Of a DNA stretch of 64,000 bases, positions 1-14,220 are shown one piece after another (the stretch's first letter is position 1; each line of letters opens with the position of its first letter). Below the pieces are notes generated by a model that saw nothing but the letters and a program-made list of their open reading frames with translations, made no database searches and was not told the origin of the DNA. Origin of the DNA: Octopus vulgaris (Eukaryota); the NCBI GenBank assembly GCA_951406725.2, contig OX597835.1, positions 6,820,001 through 6,884,000 of the forward strand. The letters run 5' to 3'. The position numbers were made by a program, and so were the translations under genes.

Positions 1-10
1 AAACAAATAA

Positions 11-16
<6 letters not shown>

Positions 17-96
<80 letters not shown>

Positions 97-122
97 TATA
101 TATTTATATATTATATATATAT
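17..122. repeat. (TA)n microsatellite, representative of dozens of TA/CA/TACA tracts in the window
   Basis: Directly visible dinucleotide run. Confidence 0.95.
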
Positions 123-329
123 AAGTTCAATAAAGTTAAAACATAGTCAGATTTTCACGTTTTTTATTATTGGAATTAAATTTTTTTTTACGATGCTGAA
201 GTGTGTTAAACATGAAACAAATATTTTGTAGTGTTCATTAAGTTCAATCAGCGCTTTCATACGTTCATAGTAATCATCAGATTTAAAAAATGTATTTAAC
301 TGACAGTTGAGTTATTTACGACTGTATCA

Positions 330-715
330 AAATGACTGACCTCTGCCTTTTTATACCTCTTAGAAGGCTCCAACAAGCTGAATTTTTCGATTAAGGTTTT
401 GACCAGTCCGGATGCATTTTTGTATTCTTATTCGTGCTTTCCTTATTGTTTTCACGCATTTTTGTATTTTTATTCGTGTACATCGTCCGTTTTCCGTCCT
501 TGTGTTGTATACATTCGAGGCTTTCTCCCAAGGGATCTAATGCGCTTGGCTTAGATTTCCCTTGGTGGCTGCCCAGGTCGGAGCAATCTCAAGATTAATC
601 AGCCGAAATTGCGAAGATGATCCGGTTCTTGACTGATGACTGAGGGCTTCGAATGTCCCGTCCTGTGGTTCTTGTGTCGTCTTCTAGGTGTTTCACGTTC
701 TTGTCCCAGTTTGTA
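330..715. mobile_element. Interspersed repeat of unassigned class (LTR- or Penelope-like); second copy at ~31580-31860
   Basis: Collinear similarity with 31580-31860 (GGAGCAATCTCAAGATTAATCAGC...GGTTCTTGACTGA...CTTCGAATG); both copies flanked by microsatellites. Confidence 0.6.
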
Positions 716-748
716 TATATTTTTTACTTTTTACATATATATATATAT

Positions 749-794
<46 letters not shown>

Positions 795-808
795 CATACA
801 TATATACA

Positions 809-893
<85 letters not shown>

Positions 894-910
894 GTATATA
901 CACACACACA

Positions 911-1118
911 CAATGGTGTGCTGAAGTGTTCCTGGCTGGCTTTGGGTAACAGAAAACAGAGGATCAGTTAATTATGGTTTTGACCCGATTCACACATTCA
1001 TTGCAGCGACCCTTCAGTTTTTTCCAAGCCTTGTAAAAGAACTTGGAAGTTTGCGCCTCCAACAAGGCCTTTCGCAACACCCATAACCCCACAAAAAATT
1101 TTCAGCAACCCCCCTCAT
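911..1118. mobile_element. Decayed mariner-type MITE/remnant
   Basis: Degenerate terminal inverted repeats (GGTGTGCTGAAGTGTT ... TTTTCAGCAACCCCCCTC) resembling mariner TIRs. Confidence 0.45.
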
Positions 1119-1256
1119 GTATACACAGACACACACATGCACACACACACATACACACACACACACACACACATATAATTTTTCTATATACATGCATGCA
1201 CATATGTGTAGTGTGTGTCTTTTTGTGTGCGTGTTCTTGTGCCGGTGTATCTGTGT

Positions 1257-1328
<72 letters not shown>

Positions 1329-1813
1329 GGTTTTTATCTTTTCTTGCTACCTGAAGATTACCTGAAGAATCCTGTGTTCAGTAAACACGATAATCTAATA
1401 TAATCTCTCTCTCTCTCTTCACCTCTCTCTCTTTTTGTCTTTCTTTTACTTCTCTCTTTTTCTCTCTACGTGTGTTAGTGTGTATGTGTGTATGTATGTA
1501 CATACATACATACATACATATATGTTTATATATCTTCCTATTTGTATGTATGTTGATATAGCAATCTATCTGTCTATATTTCTATCTATTTGTCGATATG
1601 TATATGTGTATAATTGTATATATTTATGTAGGTATGTATACACAAACACACACACACACACGTACACACACACGCGTACACACACACACATATATATAGT
1701 ATATATATATGTAAATATATGTATATACATATATATATATATATGTGTATATACATGTATATATATGTATATACATATGAATATATATATATGTATATAT
1801 ATGTATATGTATG

Positions 1814-1872
<59 letters not shown>

Positions 1873-2186
1873 GCACCGACTCTCATGATGTTATTGGACT
1901 CTTGTTATTAAGTATATATACCTATGACATCTTAATTTCACATGTTGACATTTCATCATCAAAACAGACAACCACGCACACTCTCTCTCCATGTAATGTC
2001 CTGCTCCATCTCCTCCTGAAGTTTCCCGCCTTCTTTCCTAATCTTCTTACCACATTCTATCCCCCCCACTCCATTCATATTCCCCCTCCCCCTTCCTTCC
2101 ATACACAGCTGAATTTGCAAACTGAACTTCATTCTCTCTCTCTCTCTCTCACTTTCTTTCTTTCTTTCTCTTTTTTTTATACGCAG

Positions 2187-2331
2187 TGCTCGAAAACATG
2201 CGGCCGAAATGCAGTTCGTGTCCGCGAAGTCATTTGTTATCACAAAGGCAGCGTCTCGGACAAGTGCGAACCGTCAGAGAAACCCCGTGCTATTGAGGCT
2301 TGTGCATCGTCGAAATGTCCAGAAAGCGATG
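2187..2331 (+). CDS. Internal exon encoding a thrombospondin type-1 (TSP1) repeat of an ADAMTS/ADAMTS-like protein
   Basis: Polypyrimidine tract + CAG acceptor ending 2186; GT donor at 2332; translation [48 protein letters not shown] fits the ADAMTS TSP1 pattern CSxTCG..R.R.V.C...C...KP....C....CP; ends in phase 1, matching the next exon. Confidence 0.92.
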
Positions 2332-2483
2332 GTAAAAAAAAAAAAAAAAAATACAATTCTTCCACTCTTTATCTAAAATTCTTCGATCAAATACAAATAT
2401 ATTCTTTGAATGATTCGTCTTTTTAGAATGTGAGAATTTGGTATTTTGGTATAATTTTTCATTCGCCGTTTATTAATGTCGTG

Positions 2484-2871
2484 TGGAGGCGCAATGGCCC
2501 AGTGGTTAGGACAGCGGACTCGCGGTCATAGGATCGCGGTTTCGATTCCCAGACCGGACGTTGTGAGTGATTATTGAGCGAAAACACCTAAAGCTCCACG
2601 AGGCTCCGGCAGGGGGATGGTGGTGATCCCTGCTGTACTCTTTCACCACAACTTTCTCTCACTCTTTCTTCCTGTTTCTGTTGTACCTGTACTTCAAGGG
2701 GCCGGCCTTGTCACTCTCTGTGTCACGCTGAATATCCCCGAGAACTACGTTAAGGGTACACGTGTCTGTGGAGTGCTCAGCCACTTACACGTTAATTTCA
2801 CGAGCAGGCTGTTCCGTCGATTCGGATCAACCGGAACCCTCATCGTCGTAACCGACGGAGTGCTTCCATCC
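2484..2871 (+). mobile_element. Full-length tRNA-derived SINE (family A) in the last ADAMTS intron
   Basis: A/B boxes (TGGCCCAGTGG, GGTTTCGATTCC); 12 bp TSD ATTAATGTCGTG at 2472-2483 and 2872-2883; near-identical copy at 39310-39695. Confidence 0.9.
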
Positions 2872-3044
2872 ATTAATGTCGTGCTGGAGACTTACAGAAT
2901 CACAAGGAAAGACAAACCATTGAACAGTCATCGGTATCTTTGGTCGGAAAGGTTGAATGAGTTTTTAATTCCTTCCTCGATATCCTCGATATTCCTTCCT
3001 CAATTTCTTTCACTTAGCATCTCTTTCTTATTCACACACAACTT

Positions 3045-3156
3045 ATTTGTAAGCCTAGTACTTATTCTTTCGGTCTGTTTTGCCGAACCGCTAAGTTACG
3101 GGGATGCAAACGAATCAGCATTGTCAAGCGATGTTGGGGGGACAAACACAGATACA

Positions 3157-3160
<4 letters not shown>
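3045..3160 (-). mobile_element. SINE family C fragment
   Basis: Matches an internal part of 8570-8993 and 28084-28476 (TTTGCCGAACCGCTAAG..ACGGGGA). Confidence 0.75.
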
Positions 3161-3219
<59 letters not shown>

Positions 3220-3663
3220 CTCTCTCTCTCTCTCTCTCTCTCTCACACTCTAAGCTCTCCTCTACTTTCTCTCGTCGTTCTCACTAACTTTTTCCTCAGT
3301 ACTTCTATTCCGTCTCTCTTTCACTCAAGCTCTCACTCACTGCCTCTCACTCTTAATAACTCTCACTAACACTCCTCCTATAATCTTTTTCGCTCTCACT
3401 TCAGACTTTTACCTACTCTCTCACACTTAGATTAAGTCTCTCTCACTTTCTCTCTCTCTCTTTCTCTCACTTCATCTGTTCTTATTTTCTCTCTGTCTCT
3501 CTCACCCACTCACGCTCTCTCAATTTTTCTCTCTTTAACTTTCTCAATCCTTCGATTCTGTTACTCTATCTCCCTCTTCTGTTCATTCCCCCTTTCATTA
3601 TTTTCACTCTCTCTTTCTCTCTCACTCTCAATTATTAAACGGTTTATTCTCTATCTTACGCAG

Positions 3664-3806
3664 ACGATTGTGAAGATGATGCCGCTATCAACTGCCAATA
3701 TGTGAGACGAATACAGCAGTGTCAGAGTTCATATTTTAAAAAGGTTTGTTGTAAGAGTTGCCGCGAAAGGTCACGTGAACAAGGGGATAATGGATTCGTG
3801 GAATGA
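3664..3806 (+). CDS. Terminal coding exon encoding a PLAC domain (C-terminus of an ADAMTS/ADAMTSL-family protein)
   Basis: CAG acceptor ending 3663; the phase-1 join gives D-DCEDDAAINCQYVRRIQQCQSSYFKKVCCKSCRERSREQGDNGFVE*, with six cysteines and the CCxSC PLAC signature; TGA at 3804-3806; TSP1 followed by PLAC is the standard ADAMTS(L) C-terminal order. Confidence 0.92.
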
Positions 3807-4037
3807 CGTCACAACACAAAATGGCCCGCATGATCGATTTCTGCCGCCTCTCACCTCGATTCCTCTGTATCTGAAGAACTGACGTTTCGAGTTCGGAGAA
3901 ATGGATGTGGAGTAGAGGAGGAGTAAGGGGTGAGGGAGGTGTTGAAAACAAGTTACAAGGCGAGAGAAAAGTGGAGAAAAAGAAGAGGAAAAAAAATATA
4001 TATAAAACAAAAATCTCATGCACACACACACACACAT

Positions 4038-4068
<31 letters not shown>

Positions 4069-4162
4069 CGAAGGAAACCTATCGGTAAACATAGCTATAA
4101 TAATGATGATGATGATAATAATAATAATAATAATAATGATAATAATAATAATAATAATAATG

Positions 4163-4193
<31 letters not shown>

Positions 4194-4212
4194 CAGCAAT
4201 AATAATAATAAT

Positions 4213-4770
4213 AAATACCCTGATGCAGTACCAGGCAGTGGCTCTCATGGCTTCTGATCTTAACTGATTGGCAGTGTTATCATGTACATTGCTCTGTCTT
4301 GGTATAAAAGATGGGCTGCAGTAAATATTCTGCTCAATACCACAGATTTGCTTGTCAGTTGTTTGACCTTAACCAGTTGAGCATGTCCCTTAGTGGCTGA
4401 CGATATGTGCATCTCTGATCATGAGCAGGAGTAGTGGGGAAGCATCATAGCCATGTGTTGAGAGGAGTTCTTTGGGGTTTGGATAATTCACCTTTGGAAA
4501 CATGGGTGTTTCGTTCAACATCCTTAAGCAACCGTTATTCAGGGACCATTTGAGCGGGATGGGCTACTCGACCAGAAGAAAATTCTAACTGGGCCCCACC
4601 TGCAAGGTCATGTGCTGTTTATCTTGATATGAGATCACCGTGTCGCGCACATATGGTTGTGATGCATGTGCCTGGTGTACCCTTATCAGACGGGTAGTCA
4701 TGATGGGTATACTGGGCTTCGTATATTTTACCCCAGTGTCACTTTGATGGCATGCACTGCTCTCTCACTC

Positions 4771-4772
<2 letters not shown>
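4213..4772 (+). mobile_element. ~550 bp (AAT)n-tailed retroelement (family D; likely LINE 3' region or non-autonomous derivative) inserted in (AAT)n
   Basis: Highly similar copies at 15359-15870 (-) and 19572-20128 (-); all end CTCTCTCACTC(AAT)n and lie inside AAT tracts. Confidence 0.85.
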
Positions 4773-4832
<60 letters not shown>

Positions 4833-4887
4833 TAACAATAATAATAATAATAACAATAATAATAATAATAACAACAACAACAACAAC

Positions 4888-4960
<73 letters not shown>

Positions 4961-5098
4961 GGCACTGCACACATCCTACGCAGAACACTTTCCATACAAT
5001 AACCATCAGAGCATCACAACAAATCACAGCACATACCCAAGGCACACAGAGCTGCGCTCGGTAGTGAAGTGAAAGCATGCTATAAAAATAAAACTACA

Positions 5099-5100
<2 letters not shown>
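4961..5100 (+). mobile_element. 3' terminal fragment of an R4/Dong-like LINE
   Basis: Encodes GTAHILRRTLSIQ*, a C-terminal motif typical of R4-clade elements, then a short UTR and (AAT)n; longer copy at 16238-16500. Confidence 0.75.
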
Positions 5101-5182
<82 letters not shown>

Positions 5183-5214
5183 TGATAATAATAATAGTAA
5201 TAATAATAATAACG

Positions 5215-5299
<85 letters not shown>

Positions 5300-5621
5300 C
5301 AACAACACTACCCACAACAATAATAATAACAATGAAAATGATTATGAAGATGATGATGACAATGAAGAAGGAGGATGGTTTATTTGCCACAAGGGCAGTA
5401 AATATTCAAACGACAAAAATGGCTAAAAAGTGTTGAATGACATGCAAAAAGAAAAGTGAACAATTGAGTAGAAAACATTTATCGGAATGTGAATATATAC
5501 AAACGCATGTTCGCATATACACCGGTTGTGCTTATATGCTTATATGTATACGTACACACAGTCACACACAAATATATACACACGCATACACACACACTCA
5601 CACACATATGTAAATGTATAT

Positions 5622-5681
<60 letters not shown>

Positions 5682-6234
5682 CAAAGCAGGAAGATGGAAA
5701 CACTTTTTTGGGTATTATCTATTCTCCATTACATATCTTTCATTTCCTAATAGGAATTACAAAATTCCAGATGCTGGATAAACATATGAAATATGTACTC
5801 AACACAATTTTGGGAAACCTATTAGGAAAAGAAACACGTGTAATGGGGAATAAATGATACCAATAAATTCTTCTAATTTCCTGCTTTTATACACACACAC
5901 ACACACATGTATATGTACGTTTATAATTATAAGCTGTATGAGCGTTTTCTAAGTTACGTACTTGCATTTGGCAATATAGAAAAGTTAAATAGCTAAGAGT
6001 ATCTTTTTTTTTTTTGGAAGTGAGTTGCTGAGTACAAAAGCATAATTGAATGGAATGTATTGCCCTTTGATATATGGAAGAATATAGAGATTCTTCAATT
6101 GTATTCTTCAAAATTTCAAACAGCAATAAATTGTATGGAATCGACCTTTTATACCAATTCTCTTGCAAAAAGTTCTTTTTTTTTACATATATATATTCCC
6201 CGAAACACCAAATTCGTAACTGATGCATTCATAC

Positions 6235-6353
<119 letters not shown>

Positions 6354-6605
6354 TACGTATTAACATACATATGTAGTAGCATAACTACATGCGTATACAC
6401 ATATATACCAGCATGCAGACATACATGTATACATAAATCATACATACATCATATGTATACAAATACATGCACACAGAGATGCATCATACATACAGACGTA
6501 GACACATTCATGCATGTAACATATATACATACATTCACATACCCATATATATACATCCATACGTGTGCACGTGTAAGTATGTGTATATCATGTGTGTATA
6601 TATAT

Positions 6606-6647
<42 letters not shown>

Positions 6648-6790
6648 ATCTATATGTATATACATGTATACATACACACACGTATACATATACATATATG
6701 TGTGTGTGCGCGCGTGTGTGTGTGACATAATATTTCTAGGGATTCCAAATATACACGAGCATTGCGATCTTACATGTGTATATACATACA

Positions 6791-6850
<60 letters not shown>

Positions 6851-7068
6851 CATACATACATACATACATACACGTATACATATGCACATGCATACATACT
6901 TGCAGATGTACATATAAATATATATATACAGACATATATATATACGCACACACATATACAGATGCATATACGCACATATAATACACACACAGACATACGT
7001 ACAGACATACATACACACACAAACATGTATATATTTATATATACATACATACATACATATATATATAT

Positions 7069-7099
<31 letters not shown>

Positions 7100-7108
7100 C
7101 ATATATAC

Positions 7109-7161
<53 letters not shown>

Positions 7162-7181
7162 TTCATATATATATATATATG

Positions 7182-7215
<34 letters not shown>

Positions 7216-7718
7216 CTGCGTTTGAAATTAGAGACGGTCGACAAGAAGAAAATCTCTCGCTGTGTGTGTATATATGTGTTCATGTATATCGTTGCATACG
7301 TGTGTGTGTTTGTATATTTAAAGACGAGCACAAAAGAAGAAAACAGGAAACGAATTTAGGCAAACAATAAATCACAATGAAAACAAAATGAAGATTGAAA
7401 CCGCATGATCGTCTTTTCCTTCTTTTTCTCTCTCCTTTAACTGAAGATTTCTCTAAAGTTTATATTAAATAAATAAATAAATAAATAAATATATATATAT
7501 ATATATATACGCACCTTATATCAATAATAGTTGCTCAACCGCTTCTTTAAACCAGCAAAATTGGTACTAATGGTCAGTATTTTCAAACAGTAAATGGAAG
7601 ATAAATATTATCACCAATTCTTTTATTGTTTTCTAGAGTATTAAATTCGATTTCAATGAATTTTCCTTTTCGTTTGTGTCTTTTTTTCCCTTTAAACACA
7701 CACACAGATACACACACA

Positions 7719-7781
<63 letters not shown>

Positions 7782-7857
7782 TATAACTGTTGAAGCCATA
7801 AGAATTTATAAACTTTTGAGAGGATGTGGAATAATTCTGTTTGCGTTTCTTATTTTT

Positions 7858-8087
7858 GGCTGTGACTGTGTGGTAAGAAACTTGCTTCCCAACCACATGG
7901 GTTCAGGGTTCAGTCCCACTGCGTGGCACTTTCGACTGATATCTTCTACTATAGCTCCCGGCTGAATAAAGCCCTGGGAGTGGATTTGGTTGACGGAAAC
8001 TGAAAGAAACTCGTACAAATAGTTCAAATTTACAGCAGACAAAAGATAAAGGCAGGTGAGGGAACAACAAGCAGGAGTGTGTGTATA

Positions 8088-8154
<67 letters not shown>

Positions 8155-8184
8155 ATGTATATGTATGTATATATATATATATGC

Positions 8185-8237
<53 letters not shown>

Positions 8238-8239
8238 CT

Positions 8240-8287
<48 letters not shown>

Positions 8288-8375
8288 TTATTTATGTCTG
8301 TGTGACTTTGTGCCTGTGTTTGTCCCCACTACCACCGCTTGACAAACGGTGTTGGTGTGTTTGCGTCCCCGTAAT
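7858..8375 (+). mobile_element. SINE family C, interrupted by microsatellite
   Basis: tRNA-like head (TGTGTGGTAAG...GGGTTCAGTCCCACTGCGTGGCAC) and body matching other copies. Confidence 0.75.
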
Positions 8376-8569
8376 ATCTTCGGCGAAGTTCACAACTAAT
8401 GTACATTATTGAAAGTTCAGTCATATTAAGTTTTTATAAAAGAAGAAAAGAGAGAGTAAAAAAGAAGAGAGAAAGGAAAAATTACAATTTCTGTTGTGGT
8501 GCGTGTAGTTCTTTTTTTTTATCAATATCAGTTTCTTCATCTTTCACCGCTTGTTGGAATCGTAAGATT

Positions 8570-8785
8570 TTTACTCTTTTACTCTTTTACTTGTTTCAGT
8601 CATTTGACTGCGGCCATGCTGGAGCACCGCCTTTAATCGAGCAACTCGACCCCGGGACTTATTCTTTGTAAGCCCAGTAATTATTCTATCGGTTTCTTTT
8701 TGCCGAACCGCTAAGTGACGGGGACGTAAACAGACCAGCATCGGTTGTCAAGCAATGCTAGGGGGACAAACACAGACACACAAAC

Positions 8786-8839
<54 letters not shown>

Positions 8840-8993
8840 GACAGGCTTCTTTCAGTTTCCGTCTACCAAATCCACTCACAAGGCATTGGTCGGCCCGGGG
8901 CTATAGCAGAAGACACTTGCCCAAGATGCCACGCAGTGGGACTGAACCCGGAACCATGTGGTTGGTTAGCAAGCTACTTACCACACAGCCACT
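8570..8993 (-). mobile_element. SINE family C, near full length, with internal (TA)n/(TG)n
   Basis: Near-identical to 28084-28476; tRNA head on the minus strand; (AAAGAGT)n-like tail. Confidence 0.9.
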
Positions 8994-9313
8994 GTTCTAT
9001 CTTTTAGTGTATATACCGTATTTGATGGCCTATAAGACGCACTTTTTTTCTTTTTTTACCCAAAAATGGTTTTAAAAATCCTCCTGCGTCCAATGCACTC
9101 AATGTAGGCTTAAAACCCGCTCAAAACGCTATGTATGTTTACAAAACGTGTGCTACCAACTATTGGTGAACAGTCGCTTACGGTAAGTTTATATCGAATG
9201 TAGATGCAATAAATTGCTTATAATTACATATATGTATGTATATATGCATGTTTTATTTATTAATTTGTTATTATATGACGGAACGCACGCATCCATTTCT
9301 AAGTAAGTTGTTC

Positions 9314-9364
<51 letters not shown>

Positions 9365-9440
9365 ATATATGTATGTATATATATATATGTATGTATGTAT
9401 ATATATATATGTATATATGTATGTATATATATATATATAT

Positions 9441-9528
<88 letters not shown>

Positions 9529-9545
9529 TTTATTAGTAACAGAAT

Positions 9546-9737
9546 GCGGCGAGCTGGCAGAAATGCTTAACAGCATTTTGTTCGGCTTTACGCTCTGAGT
9601 TCAAATTCCACCGAGGTTGACTTTGTCTGTCATCCTTTCGGGATCAATGAAAAATAAGTACCAGCTGAGTACTAGGGTCGATGTAATCCATTTACCCACT
9701 GTCGAAAATTGCTGGTCTTGTGCCAAAATTTGAAACT
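9546..9737 (+). mobile_element. SINE family B (tRNA head plus MetaSINE-like central domain)
   Basis: GCGGCGAGCTGGCAGAA...GAGTTCAAATTCC..GACTTTG..CATCCTTTCGGG shared with more than 12 copies in the window. Confidence 0.85.
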
Positions 9738-10421
9738 TATATAAGAGCAGAAGATAGGTGTGAAACATCTAACGAATAAAGTGACACCCATGATCTCAGA
9801 ACTGCACAGAATAAGGTTCTACGGATCAGCAATGAATTCCTCAGTAGATACTGTCTGAATGAGTCTATGCAACACTCAAAGTCTCTCTGCAGTGATCTTG
9901 AGTTTGTTTCGCCCCCACACTCGTCTTCTGAGATAGAGACTGAAAATAATTTTTCGTGGAAGCTTTTAAACACCCACGATGCAATCAAAAGACAGATTAC
10001 GTCTCACCCCAATGCCTTTAAGGTACCATTTCTCATTGCAATGAGTTTGGGTCCACGACCAACTCAGAGATTGCTGTTTCCGTAAGCTTTTGAGCACCTG
10101 GTGGATTTTATTTTTGCTGTTGCTTAGCAGATGCTGTGTGAGTTACACCCCGCAACACTCACAGACTGATTGTACTGATCTTAAGCCAATTTTTCCAATC
10201 ATTTCTTCTGAGACAGTCTCTTAATATCGTTATTTTCTGTAAAAGTTTTAAATTTCTAAGTTGCATCCAAAAGATCGATTATATCTCACTTCTGCGAAGA
10301 CATTACGGGTGTGATCAGCATATTCTCGATAACGTTATCAAGGTATCATTTCGCCTCTATTGTAACAAAAGTCTATTACCAACCCAAAAGATAATATTTT
10401 TGCTTCACTTTTCAGTACTCG

Positions 10422-10680
10422 TGGAGGCATATGGCGTTGTGGTTAGGAGTGTTTCACTCGCGATCATTAGATTGTAGTTTCAATCCCTGAACCGGGCGAT
10501 GCATTGTGTTCTTGGGAAAAACATTTCATTTCCCTCAGCTTCATTCCCCTTAACTGTAAAATGCGTTCCAACAATAACAGGGAAGTTAACCCTGCGACAG
10601 ACCGGGGTCCTGTTTAGGGGCGTGCGTGTGCTGTAGTAGTTTATGAAAACCGGCCTTATGAGTCGTAGCGCTCATTACAC
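10422..10680 (+). mobile_element. Old tRNA-derived SINE (V-domain-like)
   Basis: tRNA-like head GGAGGCATATGGCGTTGTGGTTAG and an AACCCTGCGACAGAC motif. Confidence 0.55.
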
Positions 10681-10870
10681 GAATGTGTGTATGAAAATGT
10701 GTGTATGTGCGTGTAAGAATGTATGTGTGTGTGCGTGTGTGTATGTGTGCGTTTCAATGTTTTGGTCTGTAAATGTAGAAATATGACAGCTTAGGAACGA
10801 TTAGCGATTATTTTGTTGGAAATGTCAGCTGCGACTAAGTTCCTCTTGAAAACATTACTTCCTTGCACAC

Positions 10871-10956
<86 letters not shown>

Positions 10957-11256
10957 CATACACACACATACACACTCACTCACGCATATACTCATACACC
11001 CGTACACATATACATACACACATGCATACATACATACATACATAAATACATACATACATACATACATACATAGATACATGTATATATATACATATATATA
11101 TAATATATATATACATATATGTATATATATACACACATATATATATATATAATATATATGTATATATATACACACATATATATATATAATATATATGTAT
11201 ATATATACACACATATATATATATAATATATATGTATATATATGTATGTGTATATA

Positions 11257-11315
<59 letters not shown>

Positions 11316-11829
11316 ATGTTTGTATATGCAAATATAGACACAAGCATACACTAGACTCACACACGAACACTCACTCAGATTTTTGTGGTTTTCTTAAGGT
11401 AGTGGGTTGGCTAAAGTGATCCTCCACCGGTTTCGACGATGCATTTTCCCTCGCACGATCAAATAAACCACCACCTAGTAAGCGAACTAGCCCTAAGTGA
11501 CCGAGTATTCCACACATACGCGTACCCATGAAACAATTTCCATGTAAAATCAGCCTGACACAAGATGTAAAAAAAAAAAAAACGTTGAACCTTTTTACTA
11601 CTGCTACAACTAATTTAAAAAAAGGGAATCTACTCAGTTTCAGAAAGCTTGGATCAATTCAAGGTTAAGGTAAAATACACTTTCAAGATTCTCTTTCTTA
11701 GATCGAACCTTCAGAATTGCGAAGAAGCCTACTGAGCTATTTCTTCAGACTTTGTTTCCATTTACACATTCCTACACAAGCATTAAATACACATACATAC
11801 ACATATGAATACATACATACATACATACA

Positions 11830-11903
<74 letters not shown>

Positions 11904-11916
11904 TATATACATATAC

Positions 11917-11985
<69 letters not shown>

Positions 11986-11999
11986 TACATACATACGCA

Positions 12000-12450
12000 C
12001 ATACTTACGTCAGTCATATAAACAAGTTCGTCAATTGTTCTCCAAGATCAGTTGATGTATTTCAGGAGATTCACGGTCGTCCTGAGCGAGGCTGGTCGTC
12101 AAGCGAATGAAAAGTGTCGCAATAAAAGTTGTGCTTCACTTGCTCCACAAAAATATAAAAAGAACAGTTGGAAGTTGATGCGGGCCTTTTCTGGAAGGTC
12201 ATCACTGGTGACGAAAGCTGGTGCTACGGAATTTGCAGATGCGGAAGTGGTGAAGAAAAAAGACGATGGGGGCGCTAACATTCATAATTTCGCAAGGGTT
12301 CTAGCGCTGCTTCGAATAATGAAAAACGCGCCTAGTCCGATGCATTGCTTCAAGCGGAGAATACTTTAAAGGCGATAAAAATGTAAACATGCAAAACTAA
12401 GGGAATAAAAGGATATTGCAAAATTTCGGTTTCTCTTGGGTACCCCTTCG
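12000..12450 (+). mobile_element. Internally deleted mariner (irritans-like) transposon remnant
   Basis: Translates to MKSVAIKVV.. and KVITGDESWCYG joined directly to FADAEVVKKK..RCIASSGEYFKGDK; 3' TIR-like end ...GGGTACCCCTTCG followed by TA. Confidence 0.75.
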
Positions 12451-12530
12451 TACATCGCTACACATAACATCAAAAAGCAGGCTCACAGATAATATTTACA
12501 CATGCAAGATGTTCGGGTAAAACTTGACGA

Positions 12531-12770
12531 GGCGGCGAGCTGGCAGAATCGTTAGCACGCCGGGCGAAATGCTTAGGGGTATTTCGTCTGCCACTACGTT
12601 CTGAGTTCAAATTCCGCCGAGGTCGACTTTGCCTTTCATCCTTTCGGGGTCGATTAAATAAGTACCAGTTGCGCACTGGAGTCGATGTAATCGTCTTAAT
12701 CCGTTTGTCTGTCCTTGTTTGTACCCTCTGTGTTTAGCCCCTTGTGGGTAGTAAAGAAATGGGTTTTTTA
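12531..12770 (+). mobile_element. SINE family B, full length
   Basis: Matches 40011-40241 along its length. Confidence 0.9.
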
Positions 12771-12984
12771 TGTCTTACTTTTTTTCCTGGAACAGTTTGA
12801 TGTGTCGGTGAACAGTCAACGGTGTTGGAGAGCATGGTGAGTAAAGTTGTAGTTGAGGAAAAGTTATTTGACATGGAGAACTGTTTATTGGAGAGAGTGT
12901 TACCTGTTTCATGATGTTTCGGCCGGGTATCAACATACCAACATCATGACTGCTGCTCAAAGCTGTGAGAACATTTCAAAAGGC

Positions 12985-13185
12985 TGTAAGATGTGACGAG
13001 GACAACATGGAAACCAAGTTTTCCCCAAATGTGACGACTTTCGATGTGTCTCCAGTGAGGGCAATGTCATGTTGTCTCACATAAGGCCTTAGGCACAATA
13101 CAGACGGATATGCGAAGTTGCTAGAGGCTATGGACAAGCCCTTGTTGGAAAGGGTTACTGCTGGAAGGCCATGTGTAGCCGTAGG
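12985..13185 (+). mobile_element. maT/DD37D-like transposase fragment
   Basis: Frameshifted METKF..CVSSEGNVM..GLRHNTDGYAKLLE...PLLERVTAGRP resembles the DD37D transposase segment preceding QQDSAP. Confidence 0.65.
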
Positions 13186-13474
13186 CTTAGTTCAGTGTTT
13201 CTATAATGTATGATGCTGCGTGCTATCGTTAGTATCTTCTACTTCTAAAGCGCTCATTTAATCTTCTTAAAGTTGCCTTCCAAATGCTGCAAATAATTTG
13301 TCAGAGCAAAAAGGTCTTCACAGCTGATACAGAGTTGCTGAAACAACTCTGTATCAGTTGTTTGATGGTATTCACAGTCGTCATGTGCTAAGCCCCGTTT
13401 TATTGCAGCTTCTTTCTAAGTATGGGAAACTACACCATTAATAACTCTCATAGCTTTAAGTGATGTAGCTCCAG

Positions 13475-13491
13475 ACACACAAACATATACA

Positions 13492-13526
<35 letters not shown>

Positions 13527-13672
13527 GACGGGCTTCTTTCAGTTTCCGTCTACCAAATCCACTCACAAGGCTTTGGTCGGCCCGAGGCTATAATAGAAGA
13601 CACTTGCCTAAGGTGCTACGCACTGGGATACGAATCCGGAACCATGTGGTTGGTAAGCAAGCTATTTACCAC
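13475..13672 (-). mobile_element. SINE family C, 5' half
   Basis: Matches the family C head. Confidence 0.85.
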
Positions 13673-13817
13673 ATCATCATCATCACCACCACCACCACCA
13701 CCACCACCACCACCACCACCAGCACCAGCACCACCGTCATCATCATCATCAACATCATCATCATCATCATCATCATCATCACCACCACCACCACCACCAC
13801 CACCACCACCACCATCG

Positions 13818-13859
<42 letters not shown>

Positions 13860-13897
13860 CCATCACCATCACCATCATCATCATCATCATCGTCATC

Positions 13898-13958
<61 letters not shown>

Positions 13959-14034
13959 TCATCACCATCACCATCACCACCATCATCATCATCACCACCA
14001 CCACCACCACCACCACCACCACCATCATCATCAC

Positions 14035-14087
<53 letters not shown>

Positions 14088-14124
14088 CCATCATCATCAC
14101 CATAATCATCATCACCATCATCAT

Positions 14125-14156
<32 letters not shown>

Positions 14157-14220
14157 TCATCACCACCACCACCACCACCACCACCACCACCACCACTACC
14201 ATCATCATCATCATCATCGT
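13672..14220. repeat. Compound (CAT)n/(CAC)n microsatellite
   Basis: Directly visible. Confidence 0.95.

Noticed and set aside
2484-2560. tRNA-like sequence (also ~39620-39695 and 48115-48185)
   Set aside because: These are SINE heads followed by a SINE body, not stand-alone tRNA genes.
2617-3369. 250 aa ORF
   Set aside because: Runs through SINE A, a SINE C fragment and (CA)/(CT) repeats inside an intron.
9790-10380. Non-microsatellite, coding-looking stretch
   Set aside because: Stops in the frames examined and no identifiable motif; probably an old TE.
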